A model generated the notes under the pieces. The model was not told the origin of the DNA and ran no database searches. It saw only the letters and a program-made list of their open reading frames with translations. A program made the position numbers and the translations under genes. This document shows, piece by piece, positions 1 through 10,648 of a DNA stretch of 64,000 nt. Position 1 is the stretch's first letter. Each line of letters opens with the position of its first letter. Origin of the DNA: Bacteroidota bacterium (GTDB taxonomy: Bacteria; Bacteroidota; Bacteroidia; UKL13-3); assembly GCA_947453415.1 (NCBI GenBank), contig CANGGG010000006.1, forward strand, positions 2,129 through 66,128, given 5' to 3'.

Positions 1-4
1 ACCC

Positions 5-421
5 ATGAAAATCCTATTTTATACAATCACATTTTTTTTTACTTCCAATGTATTGGCGCAAGCAGTAAAAATAAAAGATGCCTATGGCAATAAAGTGGTG
101 TATATAGATGGAAATACCCTACGGGCAAAAGATGCCTATGGCAATCAATTATTCTACCTAGATGGACAAACCATTCGGTCGAAAGATGCTTATGGTGAAA
201 AACTGTATTTTATAGATGGACAAAGCATCCGTTCAAAAGATGCATATGGACAAAAACTATACTATTTTGATGGCAATACCATTCGGTCGAAAGATGCTTA
301 TGGTGAAAAACTATATTATATAGATGGACAAACTTTAAAATACAAAGATGCCTATGGAAGTAAAGTTTATTATTTTGAAGGCATTCCAGAAAAATGGGTA
401 ATAGTTTGCCTAATCAGATAA
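5..421 (+). CDS. Secreted beta-hairpin tandem-repeat protein (6 x 18-aa KDAYG repeats)
   Basis: Signal peptide (MKILFY...VLA-Q); six repeats of KDAYG-x-K-[LV]-Y-[FY]-x-DG-x-T-[IL]-R-[SA] with an 18-aa period. Confidence 0.75.
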   Translation: MKILFYTITFFFTSNVLAQAVKIKDAYGNKVVYIDGNTLRAKDAYGNQLFYLDGQTIRSKDAYGEKLYFIDGQSIRSKDAYGQKLYYFDGNTIRSKDAYGEKLYYIDGQTLKYKDAYGSKVYYFEGIPEKWVIVCLIR

Positions 422-610
422 ATTACAATGTTAGATGTTATCCAAATGCATCTGGATTGAATGTTAAATTGATTGGTTTAATTCGTTATTCATATCACAA
501 TGAGTTTATCCAAATATCCCACTTATTAATTACTATTGCTAATTACAAATTCTCATTTCCCAATGCCCAATGCTCAGCGCCCTTAATCCATTATATAAAC
601 AGGCACAAAA

Positions 611-643
611 AAAAACCGAATCAATTAAACTGATTCGGTTTTT
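611..643. terminator. Bidirectional intrinsic terminator
   Basis: AAAAACCGAATCA-N7-TGATTCGGTTTTT between convergent ORF 5..421 and gldJ. Confidence 0.8.
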
Positions 644-659
644 ATTTTTATAATTAAAA

Positions 660-2102
660 TTATTTTCTTCCTTTTTTAGTTTGGCTACCTAATCTATCCA
701 TTACACAACGGAAACCAATAGTTGAAGTAGCTTGTTCTTGGTCTAAATATCTTCTGTTACCAGGACTTAACCAATATGCTCTATCGTTCCAGCTTCCGCC
801 TTTATAAACTCTAGCAGCATTGTCAATTAAAGAAGTAATACCATATTCGTATTTTTGATCGATATCTCCTTCATATTTCAACTCATCTCTGTAACCAATA
901 TTATCCGCTTTTTTATAATTACGTCTTTTAATATTTTCAGCTTCTGATACATCTCTGTATTTAATTCTACCTAAGCTATCTTTTTCAGTAATATTACCGT
1001 CCGCATCTCTTTCTTGTGTTTGGTAATTATTTCCTCTGAACGACATGTTATCATTATTATCTTCTAATGATAAAGGTCTATAAATATCCATTACCCATTC
1101 GCTTACATTTCCAGCCATGTGGTATAAACCAAAATCGTTAGGAATATAAAATGCATCTTTAACAGCAGAAGTGTATGAAGCATTGTCATTTAAATTACCA
1201 GCAATACCTTTGTAATCTCCTCTTCCTCTAACATAATTTGCATACATTCTACCACGAGTTTTTTCTGTATCACCTCTACGTAATGTTAAACCAGCCCAAG
1301 GATATATTTTACGAGAATCAACGTTTTCGTTATAAGATGCTGTTCTATAAGCCACACTTGCATATTCCCATTCAGCTTCTGTTGGCAAACGGTAAATAGG
1401 TAATAATATACCATCTTCCATTTTCACATCACGCTTTTTACCACCAGGTGTATAATCTTTTAATTGTTTTTTTATGTCGATAGGAGTTAAACCTAACATA
1501 TAAGCTTCAGTATTAAAAGTCTCATCGTTTTGTTTATTAATATTGCTATTTTTCATTAAGCCTTCTCTGATCATAATGTATTCATTCACACGGTCAGATC
1601 TCCATTTACAAAACTCAGAGGCTTGTAACCAACTTACACCAACAACAGGATAATCGCGGTATGCAGGATAACGTAAATAATAATTTACATAAGGTTCGTT
1701 ATAAGAAAGTTTTGCTCTCCAAACCAAAGTATCAGGCAAAGCAGAAGTTGCAATAATTGGATTTTCCGCACCATATGCTCTAGTTAACCAATATACATAT
1801 TCTAAATATTGAAAATTGGTTACTTCAGTTTCATCCATATAGAAACTATTCACAGACATACGTCTTTTAGTATTGTTTCTATCATAAGTTACATCTTGTT
1901 CCGATGCACCCATTACAAAAGTTCCACCTTCAATAAACACTAAACCCGGACCAGTTTCTTGGTCTTTGAATTTATGTTTTTCAAATCCACCCCATTTGGA
2001 GTCATTGTATTTCCAGCCAGTAGTGCCTGATTTTTGTGAACATGCTGAAAACAACATAGTAGTTGCAAATGATGCTAACAATAATTTATTTACTAATTTC
2101 AT
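660..2102 (-). CDS. gldJ: Gliding motility lipoprotein GldJ (FGE-sulfatase domain)
   Basis: Lipobox FSAC; SxTTGWxYN, LPDTLVWR, YPVVGVSW, WRSDRVNE, RLPTEAEWEYA and GFRC motifs; lies upstream of and opposite to porU, as gldJ does in Bacteroidota. Confidence 0.88.
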   Translation of the reverse strand: MKLVNKLLLASFATTMLFSACSQKSGTTGWKYNDSKWGGFEKHKFKDQETGPGLVFIEGGTFVMGASEQDVTYDRNNTKRRMSVNSFYMDETEVTNFQYLEYVYWLTRAYGAENPIIATSALPDTLVWRAKLSYNEPYVNYYLRYPAYRDYPVVGVSWLQASEFCKWRSDRVNEYIMIREGLMKNSNINKQNDETFNTEAYMLGLTPIDIKKQLKDYTPGGKKRDVKMEDGILLPIYRLPTEAEWEYASVAYRTASYNENVDSRKIYPWAGLTLRRGDTEKTRGRMYANYVRGRGDYKGIAGNLNDNASYTSAVKDAFYIPNDFGLYHMAGNVSEWVMDIYRPLSLEDNNDNMSFRGNNYQTQERDADGNITEKDSLGRIKYRDVSEAENIKRRNYKKADNIGYRDELKYEGDIDQKYEYGITSLIDNAARVYKGGSWNDRAYWLSPGNRRYLDQEQATSTIGFRCVMDRLGSQTKKGRK

Positions 2103-2129
2103 GGTATAAGTTAATTACTTTAAAGTTTC

Positions 2130-2137
2130 CAAATATA
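2130..2137 (-). promoter_or_regulatory. Bacteroidota sigma-A -7 element for gldJ
   Basis: TATATTTG on the minus strand ~28 nt upstream of the gldJ ATG (TAnnTTTG consensus). Confidence 0.55.
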
Positions 2138-2237
2138 ACGGAATTTGGTAATTATGTGTATAAAAATACTTTTTTTTGAAAAAAAAGTATTATCTATTGA
2201 AAATGAGGATGGTTTGTTATGTAAAATTAATGAAAAT

Positions 2238-3242
2238 TTACAATTCAGGGCATTTAATTGGTCTTCCCATCCTACTTCTTGTTCTTGTTTTGGTTTTAAT
2301 ATCAAAACCTAAAGATATTTCGTGGCTTCCAACTGTAGCCGTTCTAGCATTCGATATGGTTAAATCATAGCTATAGCCTACCCTAAAATTTTGAAAACGT
2401 AAGCCTAATAAAAATATAATTGCATCAGAATTTCTACTTGTTTGTCTAAACCACACGCCAGCTGTTAAAGCTTGTTTTTTAATATACGTTCCAACATTTA
2501 CTTGGTAAAAATCGCGTTGACTCATGAATAACAAATTTGGAGAAAGGTAAATTCGGTTGCTTTCAAACCTCGATTTCTTTAAATCAATATTCGCACCCAT
2601 ATGTGCAGTATATCTTCTAGGTAAAATATAAGGTTCGGCTATTGAATTTGATAAAACAAATGACTGATTTGGTTCTGTTAAATTATTTACTGCAAAACCT
2701 GCATAAAAATTTTCACTGTAAATTAAAGCACCTGCAGAAAAATTAGGAAATAATATTAACTCACTTGGTCTAATTTCGGCAGAAGGTTTTCCTGTATATC
2801 CCAATACTGGATCTAATTGATCTCCAAAAATAAATTTGTTAAAGTCGTAAGACTTTTGTTGAATTTCAGCTTTTAAACCAAAATTGGCATTCCAATTTCT
2901 ACTGATGGGCAAATTATAAGAATAAATTCCTCCAATTGATAAAGTTGTTAAATATCCGTCACCTGCTTGGTCAATAGCAACAATGGCTCCTAGTCCACTT
3001 TGCATTTTTGGAACATATGCATCTACTGAAGTTACTGAGGTTCTATATGTTTTATTTAAACCTGTATATTGATTTCTTGCATTGGTTGCAATTCGAATTT
3101 TTTTTGCAGCACCGGCAAAAGCTGGATTGGTGTATATTGGTGAAGCATAGAATTGACTTAATTGCGGATCTTGCGCAAAAGCATTTAAAAATACAAACAT
3201 AAATGCTGTACTCAAAAACAATCTTTCCATCAATTTATTCAT
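2238..3242 (-). CDS. PorP/SprF family T9SS outer-membrane protein
   Basis: QDPQLSQFYASPIYTNPAFAG N-terminus; GYSYD...GSHEISL...IKCP C-terminus. Confidence 0.9.
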   Translation of the reverse strand: MNKLMERLFLSTAFMFVFLNAFAQDPQLSQFYASPIYTNPAFAGAAKKIRIATNARNQYTGLNKTYRTSVTSVDAYVPKMQSGLGAIVAIDQAGDGYLTTLSIGGIYSYNLPISRNWNANFGLKAEIQQKSYDFNKFIFGDQLDPVLGYTGKPSAEIRPSELILFPNFSAGALIYSENFYAGFAVNNLTEPNQSFVLSNSIAEPYILPRRYTAHMGANIDLKKSRFESNRIYLSPNLLFMSQRDFYQVNVGTYIKKQALTAGVWFRQTSRNSDAIIFLLGLRFQNFRVGYSYDLTISNARTATVGSHEISLGFDIKTKTRTRSRMGRPIKCPEL

Positions 3243-3254
3243 ACTTTGAAAATA

Positions 3255-4277
3255 TTAAAAATCAGGACAAGTCATTGGTCTTGGATTTCTTCTTCTTACT
3301 TTTTTACGTAATTCAAAAGCCAAAGATACTTCGTAAGAACTTGCAGCTCCAGCACTGGCATTAGAAACTGTGCCATCATAAGAAAAACCTATTTTAACTT
3401 TTTCAGTACGAATACCAATAATGGCAATGATAGCATCTGTATTAACAAAAGTTTCTCTTACATATAAACCGCCAACTAATGAGCCTTTGCTAATATACAT
3501 TCCTAAATTTAACTGAGAAGCTGGCTTACCCTGAAAATTTTGTTGCATATATATTACGTTAGGATATAAATATGATGACTTGTTTTTCATTCTGCTTTCA
3601 TTAATTGGATAAATAAAACCAACATGACCAGTAAATCTTCTATATATACTTACATTTACATCTCCACTTCCATTTAAATTGAATGATTGGTTTGGCTCAG
3701 TTATATTATGAGCAGCAATACCAAAATAGAAGTTTTTACTGTAACCTAAAATTCCAGCTGCAAAATTTACAATATTTGTTTTTCCCTCTGGTGTTCCTAA
3801 GGGTTCAGCTTTTAAATTACCATCGTATCCGCCTTGTCCTAATTGCGAACGCCAAAGAAATTTAGTGAAATCAACCGATTTCTGCATAAAGCCAGCTTGT
3901 AGCGCCATTCTAAGTGAAAACTTTCGGCTTACAGGAATTAAGTATGAATAAGCAAAGTTAGTTCCAACTGTTCTTAAAGTTCCCGTACCTTGTTCATCGT
4001 AATGTGCTTGAATGGCTATTCCACCATTGATGGCTTCAAAATGTTCATCATAACTTGCATTAACAGTTGTAAATGAACCAGAAATTCCTGGCCATTGGTT
4101 ACGAGTATTTAAAACCAAGCGCCCTACAGTACTAGAACCAGCAAATGCGGGATTTGTATATGTTGGGCAAGCGTAAAACTGCGAAAATTGAGGGTCCTGA
4201 GCATATGCTCGCACACTTATTATCAGCGGTAATATGTATGTAAGTATTCTGCGCAGCGCAGTTTTGCTAAATGTCAT
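3255..4277 (-). CDS. PorP/SprF family T9SS outer-membrane protein (second paralogue)
   Basis: QDPQFSQFY...NPAFAG, RNQWP, GFSYD...SYEVSL...CPDF. Confidence 0.9.
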   Translation of the reverse strand: MTFSKTALRRILTYILPLIISVRAYAQDPQFSQFYACPTYTNPAFAGSSTVGRLVLNTRNQWPGISGSFTTVNASYDEHFEAINGGIAIQAHYDEQGTGTLRTVGTNFAYSYLIPVSRKFSLRMALQAGFMQKSVDFTKFLWRSQLGQGGYDGNLKAEPLGTPEGKTNIVNFAAGILGYSKNFYFGIAAHNITEPNQSFNLNGSGDVNVSIYRRFTGHVGFIYPINESRMKNKSSYLYPNVIYMQQNFQGKPASQLNLGMYISKGSLVGGLYVRETFVNTDAIIAIIGIRTEKVKIGFSYDGTVSNASAGAASSYEVSLAFELRKKVRRRNPRPMTCPDF

Positions 4278-4415
4278 TTTTATTTCGTTTGTCTTTTTAG
4301 TAAAATATAAATTATTTTATTAATTTATATAAGGCTTAAAATACTTTTTTAGTATGTTTGTTCGTTGTATTTTCTCTACAACTATTTTTCAATTATAATA
4401 AATTTCAGATTTTAT

Positions 4416-7400
4416 ATGCAATTTTTCTTCAAAGAAATAAAAATAAAAGTTTTAACAAGTGTGTTATTTGGTACTTTAATATTTGGTAATCATGTATTTG
4501 CCTACCAAATAATAAAAAATGTCATATTTGATTGGCAGACTCCAAAATCAGCAAAATCGGGCGAATTTCAAACATTTTTCCTTAAAGCGAGTTACGAAAG
4601 TGAGTTTGGTTTGATCCCAATTTATCAAAATAAATTGGGAAAATGTGGCACTGAAATCATCAATTCAAAAATTGTTGATATTATTTTAGAAGACGAAAAA
4701 ATAATAAATAAAGATTTAAAAAACATTAGTAATTTAAGCTTGGAACTAAATACTAATATTGGTTTTGAAAAACGTCAAGCATATTTATTTGTAAAAATGA
4801 TTCCTTACGTAAAAGTTGGAAACGTTTTAAAAAGAGTGATTTCTTGTACCATACAAATTGAAACAAATAATTTGTTTGAATTACCCAAATATTTGGGGAA
4901 AACTAATTATACTGCAAATTCTGTTTTGGCAAACGGTCAATGGTATAAAATAGCTACCATGAATAATGCAGTTCATAGAATTGATTATACTTTTTTAAAG
5001 AATTTAGGAATGAATATTGATGCAATTGACCCAAGAAATATAAAATTATATGGCAACGGAGCAGGCATGCTACCCGAAAGAAATGCAGATTTTAGGTATG
5101 ATGATTTACAAGAAAATGCCATTGTTATTCAAGGTGAAAGTGACGGAAAATTCAATGCAAATGATTATATATTATTTTATGGCCAAAGTCAAAAAGAAGT
5201 TTGGAAATACAATGGCTCCAACCAAGTTTTTAATAATCAACCCAATTTATATTCCGATACTACTTATTATTATATTACCATTTCTAATAACATAGGCAAA
5301 CGAATTTCATCTATTCCATCAGCTACAAACGTTAATTATAATACTTCCACTTATGATGCTTTGGTACATCATGAAGAAGATATTACCAATTTTGTAAAAA
5401 CAGGAAGAAACTGGTATGGCGAAGATTTTAACCGTCAGCCTCAGCGAACATTTACTAATATAATTTCTGATATAGATACTTCCGCAAATGTTATTTTCCA
5501 ATCAAATATTGCAGGTAGAGCATCGCAAACAAATGGATTTGATGTAACTATCAATAACCTATTTTATTTAAACCATACCTGCTCCGGTTTGTCATTGGCT
5601 TACGATGGCATTTATGCCGATATAAACTATAAAACTTTAACATTTAAACCCAATACTAACCGATTTGATATTAACTATTCATATACCGGACCAGTGGCGC
5701 AAGGTGCAAACGGTTGGCTTGATTTTTATACCATTAATGCAAGGGCTTTTTTGAAAAATGCTGGTAAACAAATATTATTGAGTGATAAAAATGCCGTTGC
5801 CAATGGCAATATTGCTCAATATAATTTTTCTACAACCAGAAATTTAAGCATTTGGGATGTAAGTAATCCAACTCAAATATTTACTATTCAAGGAATTTTT
5901 GATGTAACAACTAGTCAATTTAATTTTGCGGCAAATGCTGATAGTTTGCGTTGGTTCATGGCCTTTGACAATTCAAATTTTATAAAACCTATTAGCATTG
6001 GAAAAGTAGCAAATCAAAATATTCATGCCTTAAGTGCAGTGCAAGGAATTATTATTTCTCATGCTGATTTTTTAAGTGAAGCAAAACGATTGGCCGATTA
6101 CCATAAACAAAAAAACGGATTGAATATTCATGTAATAAACGTTACTGATATTTACAATGAATTCAGCAGCGGAAGTCAAGATGTAAGTGCTATTAGAGAC
6201 ATGCTACGTATGTTTTATCAAAAATATACTTCTCCAAATGATCAATTAAAATATGTTACTTTAATGGGAAGAGCTAGCTACGATTACAAAGGTAATTTTA
6301 GTAAAACAAAAACAGGTTTTGTAAACACCAATTATATTCCAACTTATGAGGAAGTAAATAGCAACGATCCAGGTTCGTTTTGCACCGATGATTTTTTTGT
6401 TTGTTTGGATGACAATGAAGGAAATTTTGCTATTAACAGAAATGCTGGGGACTTAATGGATTTAGGCATTGGCAGATTACCAATAGTAAACATTGAACAG
6501 GCAAAAGGTATTGTAGACAAAGTAATTTATTATGAAACAAAAAGTAGTTATGGCGACTGGAGAAACAAATTTACTTTTATAGCTGATGACGAATGGACAG
6601 AATATCAAATTGATTTTATGAAAACTGCAGAATATTTGAATAATACTTATTTAAGTAGATTTCAAAAATTCAATATCCAAAAAATATATGCAAATTCCTA
6701 CGAACCTTTATCCACTGCAGGTGGGAAACGTTTTCCTCAGGTGAATACTGCAATTACAAATTCCATGAATAAAGGCAGTTTAGTTATTAATTATATTGGC
6801 CATGGTGGTGAAGTAGGTTGGAGTGCAAGAAGGATTTTAAATGTAGATGAAATTAATGCTTGGAATGTAAAAGAAAACATGCCTTTATTAATGACAGCTA
6901 CTTGCGAATTCAGTAGGTTTGACGATCCTAGCAGGCTGGCTGCAGGTGAATTGGCAATGATTAATCCTAATGGAGGACCGATTGCATTATTTACTACTGT
7001 TAGATTGGTTTATTCAAGTAGCAATGATGCATTAAATGATAAATTTAACAGCCAATTAGGATTAGATTCCGGAGCTATTTTACATCCTAAAACTTTTGGT
7101 GAATTAATTTTGCAAACCAAAAATTTATATGCTACAGGCAATACCAGAAACTTTACCTTATTAGGCGACCCCATGTTACAATTAGCATTGCCAAAATACA
7201 ATGTAAAAACAACATCCATTAATAATAAATCTATTGGTGTTTTTAATGATACCATCAAAGCATTGAGCAAGGTAACAATTAAAGGAAGTGTATTGGATGA
7301 AAACAATAATTTAATGAGTAATTTTAACGGAATAGTTTACCCAACTGTTTTTGACAAAGAGTCGGAATACCCAATAATAGATTTAGAAAAACCCGTAAGT

Positions 7401-8273
7401 ATTTCAAGTTTTAAACTTCAAAATAATATTATTTACAAAGGATCAGCTACGGTTACAAATGGAGTTTTTACATTTAGTTTTATTGTTCCAAAAGACATTG
7501 ATTATAAATATGGTTATGGAAAAATAAGTTATTATGCAAATAATGACACAACAGATGCAAGTGGATATGAAGGAAAAGCATTAATTGGGGGAACATCTGA
7601 TTCAATTTGGGTTGATAATAAAGGACCTGAAATACAATTATACATGAACGATGAAAAATTTGTAAATGGCGGTTTGGTTCCTGAAAATTCGTTATTAATT
7701 GCAAAAATATATGACGAAAATGGAATAAATACCACTAGCCGAGGTGTTGGCAGGGACTTAAATGCGGTAATGAATAAGGAAAATACCAACACCATTATTA
7801 TGAACGATTTTTACCGATCAAATTTAAATACTTTTCAAAGTGGAATAGTAAATTATAATTATAAGAACTTACCATTGGGATTAAATAAAATAAAGTTTCA
7901 GGCTTATGATATTTTTAATAATGTAGGTGAGGCCGAAATAGATTTTATAGTAGCAAACGATAGTAAAATGGCTTTGCAAAATGTATTGAATTATCCTAAT
8001 CCATTTACCACAAAAACATCTTTTCATTTTGACCATAATAAAGCAGGTCAAGACGTGCAAGTATTGATTCAAATATTTACAGTAAATGGTAAATTAGTTA
8101 AGTCATTACAAAAAGATGTGGTGGCAGCAACAAGCCATTTTAGCGACTTAGAATGGGACGGACGCGATGATTATGGCGATGCAATTGGAAAAGGTGTGTA
8201 CATTTATAAAGTAAAAATAAAATCACAAGGAAAAACCGAAGAAGCATTTCAAAAATTAGTGGTTTTAAATTAA
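4416..8273 (+). CDS. porU: T9SS sortase PorU (gingipain-like C25 peptidase with CTD)
   Basis: SVLANGQWYKI; catalytic YIGHGG and TATCEF; LLGDP; C-terminal NYPNPF...WDGRDDYG...KLVVLN. ATG at 4416 preferred over the TTG at 4365. Confidence 0.92.
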   Translation: MQFFFKEIKIKVLTSVLFGTLIFGNHVFAYQIIKNVIFDWQTPKSAKSGEFQTFFLKASYESEFGLIPIYQNKLGKCGTEIINSKIVDIILEDEKIINKDLKNISNLSLELNTNIGFEKRQAYLFVKMIPYVKVGNVLKRVISCTIQIETNNLFELPKYLGKTNYTANSVLANGQWYKIATMNNAVHRIDYTFLKNLGMNIDAIDPRNIKLYGNGAGMLPERNADFRYDDLQENAIVIQGESDGKFNANDYILFYGQSQKEVWKYNGSNQVFNNQPNLYSDTTYYYITISNNIGKRISSIPSATNVNYNTSTYDALVHHEEDITNFVKTGRNWYGEDFNRQPQRTFTNIISDIDTSANVIFQSNIAGRASQTNGFDVTINNLFYLNHTCSGLSLAYDGIYADINYKTLTFKPNTNRFDINYSYTGPVAQGANGWLDFYTINARAFLKNAGKQILLSDKNAVANGNIAQYNFSTTRNLSIWDVSNPTQIFTIQGIFDVTTSQFNFAANADSLRWFMAFDNSNFIKPISIGKVANQNIHALSAVQGIIISHADFLSEAKRLADYHKQKNGLNIHVINVTDIYNEFSSGSQDVSAIRDMLRMFYQKYTSPNDQLKYVTLMGRASYDYKGNFSKTKTGFVNTNYIPTYEEVNSNDPGSFCTDDFFVCLDDNEGNFAINRNAGDLMDLGIGRLPIVNIEQAKGIVDKVIYYETKSSYGDWRNKFTFIADDEWTEYQIDFMKTAEYLNNTYLSRFQKFNIQKIYANSYEPLSTAGGKRFPQVNTAITNSMNKGSLVINYIGHGGEVGWSARRILNVDEINAWNVKENMPLLMTATCEFSRFDDPSRLAAGELAMINPNGGPIALFTTVRLVYSSSNDALNDKFNSQLGLDSGAILHPKTFGELILQTKNLYATGNTRNFTLLGDPMLQLALPKYNVKTTSINNKSIGVFNDTIKALSKVTIKGSVLDENNNLMSNFNGIVYPTVFDKESEYPIIDLEKPVSISSFKLQNNIIYKGSATVTNGVFTFSFIVPKDIDYKYGYGKISYYANNDTTDASGYEGKALIGGTSDSIWVDNKGPEIQLYMNDEKFVNGGLVPENSLLIAKIYDENGINTTSRGVGRDLNAVMNKENTNTIIMNDFYRSNLNTFQSGIVNYNYKNLPLGLNKIKFQAYDIFNNVGEAEIDFIVANDSKMALQNVLNYPNPFTTKTSFHFDHNKAGQDVQVLIQIFTVNGKLVKSLQKDVVAATSHFSDLEWDGRDDYGDAIGKGVYIYKVKIKSQGKTEEAFQKLVVLN

Positions 8274-8333
8274 ATTCTTAAATAAATTCTAATTGATTGA
8301 ACAATATTTTTATATTTGAAGTATTAAAAAATC

Positions 8334-8552
8334 ATGGATAAATTTAAATATTATATAGAAAAAAATATATTTGGGGTATGTGCATACATTGGTAATCGCT
8401 TTGGTATCAACTCAAATATTATTCGTATGTATTTTATTTATACATCATTTATAACCGCAGCCTCTCCGGTTTTAGTGTATTTAATATTGGCATTTTGGTT
8501 AAGTGTAAAAAAGCACTTTAGCACCAAGCGTAAAAGTTCTTACGAACTTTAA
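8334..8552 (+). CDS. PspC domain small membrane protein
   Basis: FGVCAYIG...IRMYFIY...YLILAFW pattern; TATATTTG at 8311 just upstream. Confidence 0.8.
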   Translation: MDKFKYYIEKNIFGVCAYIGNRFGINSNIIRMYFIYTSFITAASPVLVYLILAFWLSVKKHFSTKRKSSYEL

Positions 8553-8591
8553 AAAATATCTAATTTTATAATTTAAAAAATTTATTTCTGA

Positions 8592-9728
8592 ATGAATAAA
8601 CCTCGTTTAATTTTCGTTTTTTTATCTATTTATATTGTTGCGGCATTTAGTTGGTGGGGCTTTGAACATTTTAGAAATAGCATGAGCATTAACATGCTTG
8701 AAAAAGAAAATAGCAACTTAATTACTCAAGCTGATGAAATATTATGTTACAAAGCATCTACAGATATTGGAGAAGAGATAAGAGAAGATAATTTTTTAGA
8801 TACTGCGCAGTTAAATAGATATTTTAAAAAGAATTACAATTCGTTAGAATTGGTATATATAGATACCATAAACCCTTTTAATGGCTATTTGATTAGGCCT
8901 AAAGAAGAAGCCTATGTAAAACTTCAAAGCCAAATAGATGCTTCGAACGTTAAACTTTCAAAGAAAAAATGGATGTATGCAACGGAAGGAATCGTGATGA
9001 TCATTTTGTTGTTCTGGGGAATATTATGGGTATATAGAACTTTTGAAAAAAGTATCAAATTAAATCAACACCAAAACAATTTTTTATTGTCGGTAACACA
9101 TGAATTAAAAACACCAATTGCATCAGTAAAACTATATTTAGAAACTTTATTGAAGCGCGATTTAGACAAAGAACAGCAACATACTATTTTAAAAAATTCC
9201 ATTAACGATACCAATAGATTGAGGGTTTTGGTTGATAATTTATTGCTTTCAGCGCAATTAGAAACAAACCATTACGAACCTTTAATGACTCAAATAAACT
9301 TGAGTGAATTATTACATAAAATAATTGACAAATATACTGAACCAAGAAATTTACAAAATAGAATAATAAAAAATATAGAACACCAAGTGTTTATAACAGC
9401 CGATGAATTTGCCATTGAAACCATTGTGATTAATTTATTAACTAATGCTGAAAAATATTCTGACAATAACATTACAATTCTTTTAAAGTCGGATAATAAG
9501 CAAGTAATATTAAGTGTTTCTGATTTAGGTATAGGCATTTCAGACGATGATAAACAAAGGCTTTTTGATAAGTTTTATAGGGTTGGTGAGGAACAAACTC
9601 GTAAAACAAAAGGAACAGGGCTAGGATTGTTTATTGTTAAAAAATTAGTACATATTCATCATGCAACTATTGAGGTGAAAAACAATCATCCTAATGGAAC
9701 AAACTTTGAGGTTAGTTTTCACGTATAG
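8592..9728 (+). CDS. Sensor histidine kinase
   Basis: Two TM helices; H-box THELKTP, N-box NLLTNAEKY, DLGIG, FYR and GTGLGL motifs. Confidence 0.95.
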   Translation: MNKPRLIFVFLSIYIVAAFSWWGFEHFRNSMSINMLEKENSNLITQADEILCYKASTDIGEEIREDNFLDTAQLNRYFKKNYNSLELVYIDTINPFNGYLIRPKEEAYVKLQSQIDASNVKLSKKKWMYATEGIVMIILLFWGILWVYRTFEKSIKLNQHQNNFLLSVTHELKTPIASVKLYLETLLKRDLDKEQQHTILKNSINDTNRLRVLVDNLLLSAQLETNHYEPLMTQINLSELLHKIIDKYTEPRNLQNRIIKNIEHQVFITADEFAIETIVINLLTNAEKYSDNNITILLKSDNKQVILSVSDLGIGISDDDKQRLFDKFYRVGEEQTRKTKGTGLGLFIVKKLVHIHHATIEVKNNHPNGTNFEVSFHV

Positions 9729-9761
9729 TGAAATCAATGACCACTCAAAAAAAATTTATAA

Positions 9762-10472
9762 ATGAATAATATACTATTGGTAGAAGATGAAGAAAATCTT
9801 CAACACGCACTTAAACTTAATTTAGAATTGGAAAATTACCATGTTATTGCCGTAGGCGATGGTAAAAAAGCCATAGATACTTTTAGAGAACGCAAATTTG
9901 ATTTAGTAGTTCTTGACATCATGTTACCTGAAATGGATGGTTATATGGTTTGTGAAAATATTAGACTTCACGACCAAAATATTCCTATTTTATTTTTATC
10001 GGCTAAAAGTACCCCAGCAGAAAGAATTGAAGGTTTGAAAAAAGGAGGTGATGATTATTTAACAAAACCTTTTGATTTAGAAGAACTTTTGATACGTATC
10101 AAAAAATTATTAATTAAAAGAGATAAAATTAGGTCAACGGAAAAAGCACTTCCTGTAATTTTTAATTTCGGACAAAATTGGATAAACTTTGATAGCCATC
10201 AAGCAAAGGGAGTAGATGGTTTGATTGATTTAACTAAAAAAGAAACTTTACTGCTTAAGTTATTAATAGAAAACAAAAATTCAGTGGTAAGCAGAGAACA
10301 TATTTTAAAAGTAGTTTGGGATTATAACGTGATTCCAAATACTAGAACAGTTGATAATTTTATGCTTAGCTTACGCAAATACTTTGAAACAGATCCTAAA
10401 AACCCAGTATTCTTTCACTCATCGCGAGGAATAGGATATAAATTTGTAGAACCAGTAGCTGTAATTGCTTAA
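9762..10472 (+). CDS. OmpR/PhoB family response regulator
   Basis: Receiver (LLVEDE, LDIMLP, KPF) plus winged helix (RTVDNF...RGIGYKF). Confidence 0.95.
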   Translation: MNNILLVEDEENLQHALKLNLELENYHVIAVGDGKKAIDTFRERKFDLVVLDIMLPEMDGYMVCENIRLHDQNIPILFLSAKSTPAERIEGLKKGGDDYLTKPFDLEELLIRIKKLLIKRDKIRSTEKALPVIFNFGQNWINFDSHQAKGVDGLIDLTKKETLLLKLLIENKNSVVSREHILKVVWDYNVIPNTRTVDNFMLSLRKYFETDPKNPVFFHSSRGIGYKFVEPVAVIA

Positions 10473-10484
10473 AAAAACTATCTC

Positions 10485-10517
10485 AAACCAACTTCAAAAT
10501 GAAGTTGGTTTTTTTTT
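10485..10517 (+). terminator. Intrinsic terminator
   Basis: AAACCAACTTCA-AAA-TGAAGTTGGTTT followed by a T tract after the regulator stop. Confidence 0.85.
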
Positions 10518-10648
10518 ATTTATTAACGAATAAAAGTCTACCATTTAGCTATTTATAAATTAAAAGAATTAAATCAATAAAATAATTTCAAATAGTAAAA
10601 CAAAACACTAACATTTGTGCTTTCAAAATTATACAGTAAACAAATCAA

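Noticed and set aside
394-633. 79-aa ORF
   Set aside because: Runs through heptamer repeats and the terminator; no protein-like features.
660-2102. GldK/PorK or formylglycine-generating enzyme
   Set aside because: TTGWxYN and WRSDRVNE motifs, position next to porU and the absence of gldLMN fit GldJ better.
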